From the NCBI GenBank assembly GCA_031284905.1, contig JAITXI010000077.1, positions 6,670 to 70,669 on the forward strand: a stretch of 64,000 bases of DNA, read 5' to 3'. The position numbers and the translations under genes are program-made. Each line of letters starts with the position of its first letter. Position 1 is the first letter of the stretch. The notes under the pieces are model-generated. The model was not told the DNA's origin and ran no database searches. It worked only from the letters and a program-made list of their open reading frames with translations. This document shows positions 28,293 to 38,487 of this stretch, piece by piece. Origin of the DNA: Bacteroidales bacterium. Lineage in GTDB: Bacteria > Bacteroidota > Bacteroidia > Bacteroidales > ML635J-15.

Positions 28293-31200
28293 ATGAAAAA
28301 ATTTTTAATAGCAGTTATTTTTATTTTAGTCGCAATTTTCACTAATGCACAAGGTTTTGACGTAAAATTTTCACAACCAAATTATAATGAATATGGTTTA
28401 TCATTTAAAATAAATGATTGGTCTTTAAAAAATATTGAATTAAATGGAATTAATTATGAAAAAATAATTTTCAGTTCTTCAACTTTTACAGAAAAAAAAG
28501 GTTGGGCTGAATTACCATATTTAAGTGCTGCAATTCAATTACCTGCAAACAAAAATGTAGAAATTAATGTAATAAATTCAAATTACACCGATTATCAGTT
28601 AGATTATCCGTTAATTCCTTCTCGTGGTATAATTTATCGAAATCAAAATCCGGATTTAATCCCTTATGAAATTGACCCCGCTTCTATCATCAATTCTTTT
28701 TATCCAGAATCGTCCGCAATAGTTAATGAACCTTTTATTATTCGAGATATTAGAGGTACTTCCGTGAATGTCTATCCATTTCAATATAATTCTTCAACTA
28801 ATACTTTAAGAGTTTTTCATGAAATTGAAGTCATTTTAACCGAAAACAATGAGCTTGCAACAAATCCATTATTAAAATCGAACAATTCTCACATAAGAGA
28901 AGCAGAGGAAATGTATAAAAGAATTTTTCTAAATTATTCAACTCCCAAAGTAGCTCTTTCTGTTGAGGAATATGGTGAAATCCTTGTAATTACAACTCCA
29001 CGAGATTCTGCTGCTATCAATGATTATATAACTTGGAAAAGAGAAAAAGGTTTTATCGTTTATAAAGAAGTAGTAGCAACAGGAACGATGGTGAAAACTA
29101 ATATTCAGAATTTCTATAATGCACACCCAAATTTATTATATGTTCAATTAGTTGGCGATTGGGCTGATATTAAATCGGAACAAGTAGTCGATAATTCTCC
29201 AACAGACCCTAAAATGGGCTGTGTTTCAGGAACAGATAATTTTCCGGATATTGCTATAGGAAGATTTTCTTGTAGTAATACGCAACAGCTTGCTATTCAG
29301 ATAAATAAAACAATTCAATATGAGAGGAATCCTGATATGGACGATAATTGGCGGGAATCTTTTATTGGAATAGGTTCTTCGGAAGGCAATGGAATTGGCG
29401 ATGACGGCGAAGTAGATTATCTACATATTCAACGAATTTATACACAAAGATTAGCTCCTTTTACTTATAATACACATCTGCAAGATTATGATCCCGGTGC
29501 TAATGCAACTACTTTAAAAAATCATATTAATGCAGGTGTATCTTCAATTGCCTATGCAGGTCATGGAGGTTCAACATCTTTCGTTACAACAGGTTTTAGT
29601 AATACAAATGTTAATCAGCTTACTAACGGCACAAAATTACCTTTTATTGTTTCTGTTGCTTGTGTAAACGGTGCTTTTCATGAAAGTAACGATTGCTTTG
29701 CAGAAGCATGGTTGAAGAAAGAAAACGGAGGTGCCGTTGTTACTTTAATGTCGTCTATTAATCAAGCATGGACCCCTCCAATGAGAATACAAGATTATTT
29801 TTATGATATTTTAACCGGTGGATTTGATTATTCTTCATATTCAGGTCAAAATGGAATTACTACTGATAGTCAAATTCAACATTGGGGTTCTATTGTTGTT
29901 AATGCTTTTAATCTTGGGTTAACTGAAACTAATAGCGGAAATTCCGATGTTGAAACTGTTAAAACATGGACAACTTTCGGAGATGTTTCCCTTCAATTGA
30001 GAACTAAAAAACCTGATGTAATTTTAAGTAGTAATTCTACATTATTAGTTGGAATTCCTTTCACTACAACAATTACATGTTCAGGTAGTCCTATTGCAAA
30101 TGCCCTTGTTTGTATTTCTCAAAATAATGTTTATTATAGCGCCTTTACCAATCAAAATGGAGAAGTAGAAATCAATCATACTTTTGTACCCGGTGAAGTT
30201 CTGTTAGTTGTTACAGCTTTCAATAAAACTACAATTTATGAAAATATAAATTGCATTAGTCCGGAATTACCATATATTGTTAAAGATAGTTATACTCTTG
30301 CCGGAGACGGAATATTAACTTTTGGAGAAACTACATATTTAACATTATTCCTGAAAAATGTCGGAACATCAGATTTGGAAGGAACTACAAATGTTACTAT
30401 TTCTTGTTCAGATACTTTATTAACAATAAATACAGCTACTGCTATTTATCCGACAATAGCTTCAGGAAATACTGTTAGTGTAGCAAATGCTTTCAATATT
30501 TCCGTTTCTACAGAAATAGAAAACGGACATAATTTCCCAATTCATTTTATTGCTGAAAACGATGGTAATACATGGGAAGGCGATTTCTATCTGATTGCAT
30601 ATAAACCTGTATTAGAATTTGATAATGTTATTTGGATCGGCAGTTTTGAAGTTGGAACTACTATTCCACTATTGATTAAATATAAAAACGTTGGCGGTTA
30701 TACTGCTTTTAATTCAGTTGGTACTTTAACTTGTTCTAATCCAAATATTAATATCTTAAATCCTGATTATTATTATGGTAGTATTAATCCAAACGAAGAC
30801 CAATTTGGAATATTTAACATTGAAATCGCTCCAACAGCAACAATAAATGATGTTTTTGAATTTACTGCAAACATTATTGCTGATAACAATATCACAGCCG
30901 AAGGAGAATTTTCTATAGCTAATACTTTCGCTTGTGATGTTATAGTTGAAATGATGGATACTTGGGGAGATGGTTGGAATGCAGCAACATTAGTTTTAAG
31001 TTTTAGCGATGCTACTCCAAATAAAACACTCACTATGCCTGATGGCTATTCACTATCACACTCTTTAGTAATTGCCAAAGGGACTACTGTAACCGTTTCT
31101 TTTACAGCCGGTCAATACAATTCTGAATGTTCTTATATTATTCGTTACGATAATGGAGATGTAATTTATGCTTCTTCGGGTACTCCAACTGTAGGTATTG

Positions 31201-31970
31201 ACACAACTTTTGAGAGTAATTGTGGCGATAATCTCGTTTTATGTGGCGAAATCTTAAATTTTCACACAATTTATCAAAATCCAAATGTTGAATTAACATG
31301 GGATGCTGATGAGATGGCAACTTCTTTTGTTATAAAACGTAACGGACTTCAAATTGCTACGACTTCAAATACTTTTTATACCGATGAAAATGTTTCCGGA
31401 GGTTTTTATACTTATACAATTTCTACAAATTATACTAATGGCGATTGTTTTGTTTTTCCTGTATTTTCTACAATTAATATTCTTTGCGAAACTCCTTTTT
31501 TAACAGCTGAACTTTCAGAAAATAATATAATACTTACTTGGAATAATTTGGAATGTGCTGAATATTATAATGTTTATCTTAATAGTGAATTATTAAATTC
31601 TAATATTATTGATACTACATTTATTCACGAAAATTATCCATTAGGAAACTTGTGTTACCGAATTACCGCTGTAAATGTAACTGGAGAATCCGAACTGTCA
31701 AATGAAGTTTGTATTAATACAGTAGGCTTTAATGAAAATGCTAATTTTGATGTAAAAATGTATCCGAATCCAACTTCAGGAAATGTTGCAGTCAATATGG
31801 ACAATCTGAAAACAATCGAAATATATTCAACTTTAAATCTACTCGTAAATAAATATGAAATTAATTCAAATCATTTCAATTTTAATATCTCAAATTTAGC
31901 AAATGGAGTTTATTTTGTGAAAATTATTTCAGAAAACGGGTTTGTTTTCAAAAAATTAATTAAACAATAA
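28293..31970 (+). CDS. Gingipain-type cysteine peptidase (family C25) with T9SS C-terminal domain
   Basis: Catalytic region AYAGHGG (His codon 29562-29564) and QLTNGTKLPFIVSVACVNGAFHESNDCFAEAW (Cys codon 29661-29663). INQAWTPPMRIQD and TFGDVSLQLRT closely follow the gingipain pattern. C-terminal VKMYPNPTSGNVAV...GVYFVKI. Confidence 0.85.
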   Translation: MKKFLIAVIFILVAIFTNAQGFDVKFSQPNYNEYGLSFKINDWSLKNIELNGINYEKIIFSSSTFTEKKGWAELPYLSAAIQLPANKNVEINVINSNYTDYQLDYPLIPSRGIIYRNQNPDLIPYEIDPASIINSFYPESSAIVNEPFIIRDIRGTSVNVYPFQYNSSTNTLRVFHEIEVILTENNELATNPLLKSNNSHIREAEEMYKRIFLNYSTPKVALSVEEYGEILVITTPRDSAAINDYITWKREKGFIVYKEVVATGTMVKTNIQNFYNAHPNLLYVQLVGDWADIKSEQVVDNSPTDPKMGCVSGTDNFPDIAIGRFSCSNTQQLAIQINKTIQYERNPDMDDNWRESFIGIGSSEGNGIGDDGEVDYLHIQRIYTQRLAPFTYNTHLQDYDPGANATTLKNHINAGVSSIAYAGHGGSTSFVTTGFSNTNVNQLTNGTKLPFIVSVACVNGAFHESNDCFAEAWLKKENGGAVVTLMSSINQAWTPPMRIQDYFYDILTGGFDYSSYSGQNGITTDSQIQHWGSIVVNAFNLGLTETNSGNSDVETVKTWTTFGDVSLQLRTKKPDVILSSNSTLLVGIPFTTTITCSGSPIANALVCISQNNVYYSAFTNQNGEVEINHTFVPGEVLLVVTAFNKTTIYENINCISPELPYIVKDSYTLAGDGILTFGETTYLTLFLKNVGTSDLEGTTNVTISCSDTLLTINTATAIYPTIASGNTVSVANAFNISVSTEIENGHNFPIHFIAENDGNTWEGDFYLIAYKPVLEFDNVIWIGSFEVGTTIPLLIKYKNVGGYTAFNSVGTLTCSNPNINILNPDYYYGSINPNEDQFGIFNIEIAPTATINDVFEFTANIIADNNITAEGEFSIANTFACDVIVEMMDTWGDGWNAATLVLSFSDATPNKTLTMPDGYSLSHSLVIAKGTTVTVSFTAGQYNSECSYIIRYDNGDVIYASSGTPTVGIDTTFESNCGDNLVLCGEILNFHTIYQNPNVELTWDADEMATSFVIKRNGLQIATTSNTFYTDENVSGGFYTYTISTNYTNGDCFVFPVFSTINILCETPFLTAELSENNIILTWNNLECAEYYNVYLNSELLNSNIIDTTFIHENYPLGNLCYRITAVNVTGESELSNEVCINTVGFNENANFDVKMYPNPTSGNVAVNMDNLKTIEIYSTLNLLVNKYEINSNHFNFNISNLANGVYFVKIISENGFVFKKLIKQ

Positions 31971-32158
31971 TTTTAAGAAATTTGTTTGAATATTCTAATA
32001 AAATGACTTTGTATAATAACTTAAAAAAAAAATTTAGAAATCTCATAAACAAAGTCAGCATTAAAAGTAGAGAAGATGCCGATAAAATATTAATTTCTAT
32101 TATTTTAAATCTGCATGCCATAGGTATCATTTAACGACTTTAATTAATAGATTTCATT

Positions 32159-33655
32159 ATGAACATAATAATAATAGTTTTACTTTCAGTTTTAATCATT
32201 TTACTTTTTATCAGTCTTTTTGTTACTAAATCAAAATCAAATCAAAATGCTAATAATAATTCTGAAGAAATTAAACAAAGATTAATGAAATTTGAATCTG
32301 ATTTATTGAGATTAAATTCAGATTTAAAAGATGAATTTCAAAGAAATAGAGATGAAAGTCAAAACGCTTTTAAAGCAAATAGAACTGAAAATCAAAATGC
32401 TTTTAAAATAAATAGAGAAGAATTAATTAATTCTTTTAAAGAAAGTAGAACAGAACAAACTGCTTCTTTAAAATCTTTTGAAGAAGAATTTTCCAAAAAT
32501 GTTAAAGAAAGTAGAATTGAACAGACAAATTCACTGAAATCTTTTGAAGATAAATTTTCTCAAAATGTAAAAGATTTTAATGAACTTCAAAAACAAAAAT
32601 TCGATGATTTAATCAACAAACAATCAGATATTAAAAAAGAAACCGAGAATAAATTGAATGAAATCCGCACAACTGTTGAAAATAAATTGACAACTCTTCA
32701 AGAAGATAATAGTAAAAAACTTGAAGAAATGCGTAAAACGGTTGATGAAAAACTTCAAGAAAGTGTTGAAAAAAGATTTAATGAATCGTTTAAATTAATA
32801 AATGAGCGATTAGAATCTGTTCATCAAGGTTTGGGAGAAATGCAGAAACTTGCAACAGGAGTTGGCGATTTGAAAAAAGTTTTATCCAATGTAAAATCTC
32901 GAGGAACTTTTGGAGAAGTACAATTAGGAGCAATTTTAGAACAAGTCCTTTCTCCTGAACAATATAAAAAAAACGAACATCCAGGAGATGACAGAAAAGT
33001 TGTTGAATATGCAATAAAATTACCAGGTAAAAATATTGATGGAGAGCCGATTTTATTACCAATCGACTCAAAATTTCCAATCGAAGATTATGAACGTTTA
33101 GTTGATGCTTATGATAATAATATTGAAAATATTGATAATTTAAGAAGAATATTTGAAAATTCAGTAAAATCTTGTGCTAAAGATATTTATGACAAATATA
33201 TTATTCCACCACAAACAACTGATTTCGCTATTCTTTTTGTCCCTACCGAAGGACTTTATGCCGAAATTCTCAGACGACCCGGTTTTTTTGCTGAAATTCA
33301 AAATAAATATAAAGTTACAGTTGTTGGTCCAACGAATTTAGTTGCTTTTTTGAGTAGTTTACAAATGGGATTTCGTACTTTAGCTATCGAAAAACGTTCA
33401 AGTGAGGTTTGGGAAATTTTAGGAGCGGTAAAAACAGAATTTGGGAAATTTGGAAATATTCTTGACAAAACTCAAAAAAAATTACAAGAAGCTGCTAACG
33501 TTATCAATGATGCAGGAACACGTTCGAGAGCGATTGAAAGAAAATTAAAAAATGTTCAAGAATTATCATTAGAACAATCAAAAAATATTTTCGGAGAATC
33601 AGATATTGAGGATAATTTGTTGGAAATACCCGATTTAGAAGATTCTAATAAATAA
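32159..33655 (+). CDS. rmuC: DNA recombination protein RmuC
   Basis: N-terminal TM, long coiled coil, conserved C-terminal RmuC nuclease-like region (FAILFVPTEGLYAE...VVGPTNLVAFL). Confidence 0.9.
   Translation: MNIIIIVLLSVLIILLFISLFVTKSKSNQNANNNSEEIKQRLMKFESDLLRLNSDLKDEFQRNRDESQNAFKANRTENQNAFKINREELINSFKESRTEQTASLKSFEEEFSKNVKESRIEQTNSLKSFEDKFSQNVKDFNELQKQKFDDLINKQSDIKKETENKLNEIRTTVENKLTTLQEDNSKKLEEMRKTVDEKLQESVEKRFNESFKLINERLESVHQGLGEMQKLATGVGDLKKVLSNVKSRGTFGEVQLGAILEQVLSPEQYKKNEHPGDDRKVVEYAIKLPGKNIDGEPILLPIDSKFPIEDYERLVDAYDNNIENIDNLRRIFENSVKSCAKDIYDKYIIPPQTTDFAILFVPTEGLYAEILRRPGFFAEIQNKYKVTVVGPTNLVAFLSSLQMGFRTLAIEKRSSEVWEILGAVKTEFGKFGNILDKTQKKLQEAANVINDAGTRSRAIERKLKNVQELSLEQSKNIFGESDIEDNLLEIPDLEDSNK
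32438..32569 (+). repeat. In-frame 66-bp tandem duplication inside rmuC coiled coil
   Basis: 32438-32503 encodes KESRTEQTASLKSFEEEFSKNV. 32504-32569 encodes KESRIEQTNSLKSFEDKFSQNV. Confidence 0.85.
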
Positions 33656-33818
33656 TTATTTTTTTATAAGTTTGCAACTTATGAAAAATTTATACATAGA
33701 ACCTAGTAATGGTATAACTATTAAATTCTTTGCAAAAATCGTCTGCAATACAAAAAAATTTTCTAACTATGCTCATAATCTTTATTTATTTACTTTTTTT
33801 TGACAAATTATCCCGAAC

Positions 33819-34245
33819 TCAGGTCGCTACGATAAGTAGCATTGAGTGCCCCTCATATTTGTTGCTTTTGAGAATGGGATATGACAAAGTATAACTGCCG
33901 GTACTGACCAATAAACCCAAAACTATCTTTGGTTGACTGTGTTTTCCATCTTTTGAAAAGCCTGTTTTTCGCAGTTCGTCAGCAATATCCGTTTCAAAAT
34001 ATTTCTAATATTGGACAACAACGTTTCTGTAACTTGTTTCTCTTCTTTTTACGCGTATGTCCTGCAAAAATATCTCGCTCGCCAAGATAAGCCAAAAGCC
34101 ATTTTTTGCCCTGCTGATACAACTTTTCTATATCAGAGGTATCTGAACCGTTACCGATAGTTTTAACAACATGATATTTATCACTACTTTTATCTATTAT
34201 CTGAACGCTTATAACATCGCTCGGATTCTTTTTTCGTATAAACAT
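33819..34245 (-). mobile_element. Degraded IS1634-family transposase gene (internally deleted, truncated)
   Basis: N-terminal block MFIRKKNPSDVISVQIIDKSSDKYHVVKTIGNGSDTSDIEKL runs from 34245. It is joined out of frame to the central block DIADELRKTGFSKDGKHSQPKIVLGLLVSTGSYTLSYPILKSNKYEGHSML (33989 down to the stop at 33819). The rest of the protein is absent. Confidence 0.7.
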
Positions 34246-34531
34246 ACTGCAAAAATAACCTTTTTTAGGCTGAGACACCCAAAATGGTGTCCTGAAATTT
34301 ATATGTACTGTATATGTGAGTGCTATGAATTTATTGAAATAAAAATGTCGAAGTCAGGAGAATTTAGAATTATAAAGTAAGACTAATGAAAATCCTATTA
34401 TTATCAACATTAAAACTCCATGCTTCCTATATTGTCTGTAATGCAAACATTTTTTTTAATTTTATTATTTATTTTTACTATTTTTTCAGTCTGTAAAGAT
34501 AATATTTTTTTAAATAGAAATAATTTTTTTG

Positions 34532-34539
34532 TAATTTTG
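34532..34539 (+). promoter_or_regulatory. Bacteroidota-type -7 box (TAATTTTG)
   Basis: TAnnTTTG match 15 nt upstream of the coaX ATG, which would give a very short leader. Confidence 0.35.
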
Positions 34540-34553
34540 TATGAATTATTTTT

Positions 34554-35288
34554 ATGGCAAATCTAATTATTGATGCAGGAAATTCATTTATCAAATTGTA
34601 TGTTATTGAAAACAATACTATTATTTGCAAATTTATTTTTGAAATAAATGAGAAATTTGAAATAAAAAAAATAGATTTTCTTAACGAATACACTATTTAT
34701 AAATGCATTATTTCGACTGTAAGGAATCAATTTGATGAAAATTTTTTAAATTTTTTAGAATCTAAATTTGATGTCTTTTTTCTTTCTCATTCAATGAAAT
34801 TTCCTGTAAAAATAAATTATAAAATTCCTGAGACTTTAGGTTTGGACAGAATTGCGGCTGTTGTAGGAGCATCTGTTATTTTGCCTAATACAAATGTACT
34901 TATTATAGATGCAGGAACAGCTATTACTTTTGATATTTTAAATAATAATGGCGAATTTCTTGGTGGAATTATTTCTCCGGGAATTAATACCAGATTTTTG
35001 GCTCTAAATAAATTTACAGAAAAACTTCCTTTAATTTCAAAGTGTAATCAGAAAAATTTATTATTTGGACAAACAACCGAAGAGGCAATTATTTGTGGCG
35101 TTCAAAATGGAATTTTTTATGAAGTTAAAAGTAATATCAATCATTTTCAAGAAAAATTTGATGATTTATATATTATTTTTACAGGAGGTGATGCTTTATT
35201 CTTTGAAAATTTATTTAAAAGTTGTATCTTTGCCGAACAAAATTTAATTGCAATCGGATTAAATAAAATATTAGAGTTGAATGCATAA
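34554..35288 (+). CDS. coaX: Type III pantothenate kinase
   Basis: N-terminal LIIDAGNSFIKL and GLDRIAAVVGA motifs. 244 aa. Confidence 0.9.
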   Translation: MANLIIDAGNSFIKLYVIENNTIICKFIFEINEKFEIKKIDFLNEYTIYKCIISTVRNQFDENFLNFLESKFDVFFLSHSMKFPVKINYKIPETLGLDRIAAVVGASVILPNTNVLIIDAGTAITFDILNNNGEFLGGIISPGINTRFLALNKFTEKLPLISKCNQKNLLFGQTTEEAIICGVQNGIFYEVKSNINHFQEKFDDLYIIFTGGDALFFENLFKSCIFAEQNLIAIGLNKILELNA

Positions 35289-36573
35289 AATAAATTTATT
35301 AATAATTTTTTTCGTTATTTTTATGAGTACTTGTTTTTCGCAAGGACAAGTTGGTTCACCATATACTCGTTATAGCATTGGAGACATTAATTGTCAGCCT
35401 CTAATTAGAAACAATGCTATGGGTGGTTTGAGTTATACTTTAATTTCTAATAATAATATTAACTTTGTTAATCCGGCAGGAATTGCAAATATTGATACAC
35501 TTACTTTTATTTTCGATTTTGGTTTGAATGGTGGGGTTAGAACATATTCAATTTTAAATCCGGAATCTTCAATTTCAAAAAATGATTATCAAATTTCTTA
35601 TGTTAATTTTGGTTTTGCCGCTACAAAATGGTGGAAACTAGCTATTGGTGTTGCTCCATATAGTAACGTCAGTTATAATATTTCAAAAAAAGATTCTTCT
35701 TTGAATAATATTGTACGAACTTATAATTATAATGGCTCCGGCGGAGTTTCAAGAGTTTACTGGACAAATGCTTTTAAACCGTTTAAAAAAATAAATTTAA
35801 AAGTCGGTATAACAACTTCATTTTTATTTGGAGAAATTCTTCATAATAATTCTGCTATATTTAAACCTACAAATGACGTGGATAATTTCTCGAATTTTTG
35901 GGTACAAGATGTTTTCAGAGTTTCATCGCTGAATTTTGAAGCAGGACTTCAATACGATATTAAAATAAATGAAAAGAATACATTACTAATAGGCTTAGTT
36001 TCTAATTTTAACAACAATTTGCGTTCTTTTAAATCAGGAATTGATTATAATAAAAATTCTGTTTCTAATGTCGTTGATACAATTGCTGTATATAACGATA
36101 AAAAAGGTACTATTTCTGTTCCTTACAATATAGGTGCAGGAATTGGATACGTTTTTAATGATAGACTGTATGTTGGCATTGACGCAAAATATCAAGATTG
36201 GAGTAAAGTAAATTTCTTTGGTCAAAATGATACTTTAAAAAATGCTTATTTTTTAAATACCGGTTTAGAATATGTTCCGGGTGGTTATAATGGAAATGTT
36301 TATAAATATTGGCAATATATGAAATTCCGATTGGGAGGATATTTTAGTCAATCTTATTTTAAATTAAATTCCGAACAATATCCAATAAACGACTTTGGCA
36401 TAACTTTTGGACTTGGTTTCCCAATGAAACGTTCTAAAACATCTTTTGATATTTCATTTAAGTTGGGGCAAAGAGGCTCGCTCCAAAATAATCTTATTCG
36501 TGAAAGATATATTATTGCAGGAGTTTCTTTCAACTTATCAGATGTTTGGTTTGTGAAAAGTAAATTTGATTAA
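35281..36573 (+). CDS. Outer-membrane beta-barrel protein (FadL/porin-like), function unknown
   Basis: Signal peptide. SPYTRYSIGD start typical of Bacteroidota barrel proteins. Alternating beta pattern. C-terminal aromatic residue (KSKFD). Confidence 0.65.
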   Translation: MHKINLLIIFFVIFMSTCFSQGQVGSPYTRYSIGDINCQPLIRNNAMGGLSYTLISNNNINFVNPAGIANIDTLTFIFDFGLNGGVRTYSILNPESSISKNDYQISYVNFGFAATKWWKLAIGVAPYSNVSYNISKKDSSLNNIVRTYNYNGSGGVSRVYWTNAFKPFKKINLKVGITTSFLFGEILHNNSAIFKPTNDVDNFSNFWVQDVFRVSSLNFEAGLQYDIKINEKNTLLIGLVSNFNNNLRSFKSGIDYNKNSVSNVVDTIAVYNDKKGTISVPYNIGAGIGYVFNDRLYVGIDAKYQDWSKVNFFGQNDTLKNAYFLNTGLEYVPGGYNGNVYKYWQYMKFRLGGYFSQSYFKLNSEQYPINDFGITFGLGFPMKRSKTSFDISFKLGQRGSLQNNLIRERYIIAGVSFNLSDVWFVKSKFD

Positions 36574-36592
36574 TTAAAAAAAATATAATAAG

Positions 36593-37918
36593 ATGAAAAA
36601 AAGAGAAAATATATTTTTGATATTTTTGTCAATTATTTTGACAAATTGTGGTGCTTACGCACAAAATAATGATGCTAATACTGAAAAATGTAATCAGGAA
36701 TTATCTACTTATTCCGAATATTTTAAACAAAACAATTTCCATGATGCTTATCCCTCTTGGTCATGGTGTTTTAATAATTGTCCTCAATCAACGAAAAATA
36801 TTTATATACAAGGAGCTACAATTATTGAAAATATTATTACCGGTGAAAAAGATTCTATAAAAAAAGAAGCATGGGTGGACACTTTGATGTTGGTTTATGA
36901 TAATAGAATTAAATATTTTGACCAAAAAGCATTAGTTCTTGGTAGAAAAGCCCTTTCAATGTTGAGATATAGAGGTTATGAAATAAAATCTGCTTATGAT
37001 ATATTAGAAGAATCTTTTAAATTAGGTAAAGAAACTTCGGAAAGTTTTGTTTTGGATTTTTATATGACAACGACTATAAATCTTTATAATTCAAATATCT
37101 TGACAAAAGAAGACGTACTAAATAATTATGAAAGTATTTCTGAAACATATAATATAATGATAACTAATGAAGCCAACGATACGAAAAGAGAAAAATTAGA
37201 AGAAAGTGCAAAAAAAGTGGAGGATATGTTTGTTAGTAGTGGAGTTGCTGATTGTGAAGCAGTTATTAACATGTTTACTCCAAAATTTAAAGAAAATCCT
37301 ACTGATGTTGCATTGGCAAAAAAAATAGTTGCTTTATTGAATATGGGAAATTCTGACGAATGTAAATTATCAGATTTGTATATTGAAGTTGCAACTTTGG
37401 TATATTCTGACGAAAAAACAGCTAATGCAGCTCATTCTTTGGCTCAGGCTCATTTGAAAAGAAAAAATTTTTCAGTATCTGAAAAATTTTATCTCGAAGC
37501 CATAAATTTAGAAACAGAGCCTCTTAAAAAGGCAGATATGTATTATGAATTAGCATTAGTTTATTATATGAATAGTAATTATCCATCTGCTAGAAATATA
37601 GCTCGTAGTTGTTTAGCTAATAATCCAAATGCAGGGAAAGCATATATTTTAATAGGAAAAATTTATGGAGCTTCTGCTAAAAATTGTGTAGAATCTGTTT
37701 TTGATAAAAAAGCTACAAATTGTTTAATTGTGGATCAGTTTATTAAAGCAAAAAATATTGACCCAAGTGTTGCCGGTGAAGCTAACGAACTAATTGGAAA
37801 ATATACTGCCGGATTCCCAAAAACTGAAGATGGGTTCTGGTTGTCAATTGAAGCAGGTGCGACTTTTACTGTTGGCTGTTGGATTAACGAAACAACTACT
37901 ATCAGATTTTCAGATTAA
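36593..37918 (+). CDS. TPR-like repeat protein with signal peptide
   Basis: 441 aa. Helical repeat pattern (AHSLAQAHLKRKNFSVSEKFYLEAI, YYELALVYYMNSNYPSARNIA). Confidence 0.65.
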   Translation: MKKRENIFLIFLSIILTNCGAYAQNNDANTEKCNQELSTYSEYFKQNNFHDAYPSWSWCFNNCPQSTKNIYIQGATIIENIITGEKDSIKKEAWVDTLMLVYDNRIKYFDQKALVLGRKALSMLRYRGYEIKSAYDILEESFKLGKETSESFVLDFYMTTTINLYNSNILTKEDVLNNYESISETYNIMITNEANDTKREKLEESAKKVEDMFVSSGVADCEAVINMFTPKFKENPTDVALAKKIVALLNMGNSDECKLSDLYIEVATLVYSDEKTANAAHSLAQAHLKRKNFSVSEKFYLEAINLETEPLKKADMYYELALVYYMNSNYPSARNIARSCLANNPNAGKAYILIGKIYGASAKNCVESVFDKKATNCLIVDQFIKAKNIDPSVAGEANELIGKYTAGFPKTEDGFWLSIEAGATFTVGCWINETTTIRFSD

Positions 37919-38482
37919 ATGAAAAATAAATATTTTTTAAGTATAATAAACATCATTCTTATTTTTATTGGAGTGATGTTTGTTTCTTGTAAAAATGATA
38001 TAGATGTAGTAAACGAAATTACAAAAAAAAATAAATTACCCACTTTTGATGTCGATAATTTTGAAATATATTATAGCGACTCGGGAATAGTAAAAGTGAA
38101 AATTTTTGCTCCAAAATTTGTTCGTTATGAAAAAAAAATAAAAAATTACGATGAATATGAAAAAGGAATAAATGTTAATTTTTATAATCATTCAAAAAAA
38201 CCGGAATCAAAATTGACATGTAATTATGCGCGTTTTTTTTCCGACGATAATCGCTGGGAAGCAAAATTTAATGTGGTTGTTGAAAATAATTTGACCGGAG
38301 AAAAAATAAATACTGAACAATTATTTTGGGACGTGAAAAATGAAAGAATATATACTGAAAAATTTGTAAAAATTACCACAAAAGACGAAATATTATGGGG
38401 AGAAGGTTTTGAATCAAACCAAGACTTTAGTGAATATAAAATTATACATCTTGCAGGAACTATAAATATTAAAGATAAATAA
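37919..38482 (+). CDS. lptC: LPS export protein LptC-like
   Basis: 187 aa with N-terminal anchor and lipobox-like VSC. The size and the position after the coaX-barrel-TPR genes match the arrangement I recall from other Bacteroidota. The motif evidence is weak. Confidence 0.6.
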   Translation: MKNKYFLSIINIILIFIGVMFVSCKNDIDVVNEITKKNKLPTFDVDNFEIYYSDSGIVKVKIFAPKFVRYEKKIKNYDEYEKGINVNFYNHSKKPESKLTCNYARFFSDDNRWEAKFNVVVENNLTGEKINTEQLFWDVKNERIYTEKFVKITTKDEILWGEGFESNQDFSEYKIIHLAGTINIKDK

Positions 38483-38487
38483 AAAAT

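Noticed and set aside
32004-32057. 9-bp inverted repeat TGACTTTGT / ACAAAGTCA with a 36-nt spacer downstream of the C25 gene
   Set aside because: The loop is large and there is no following T tract. It may still matter for transcript stability, but the evidence is insufficient for a terminator or regulatory call.
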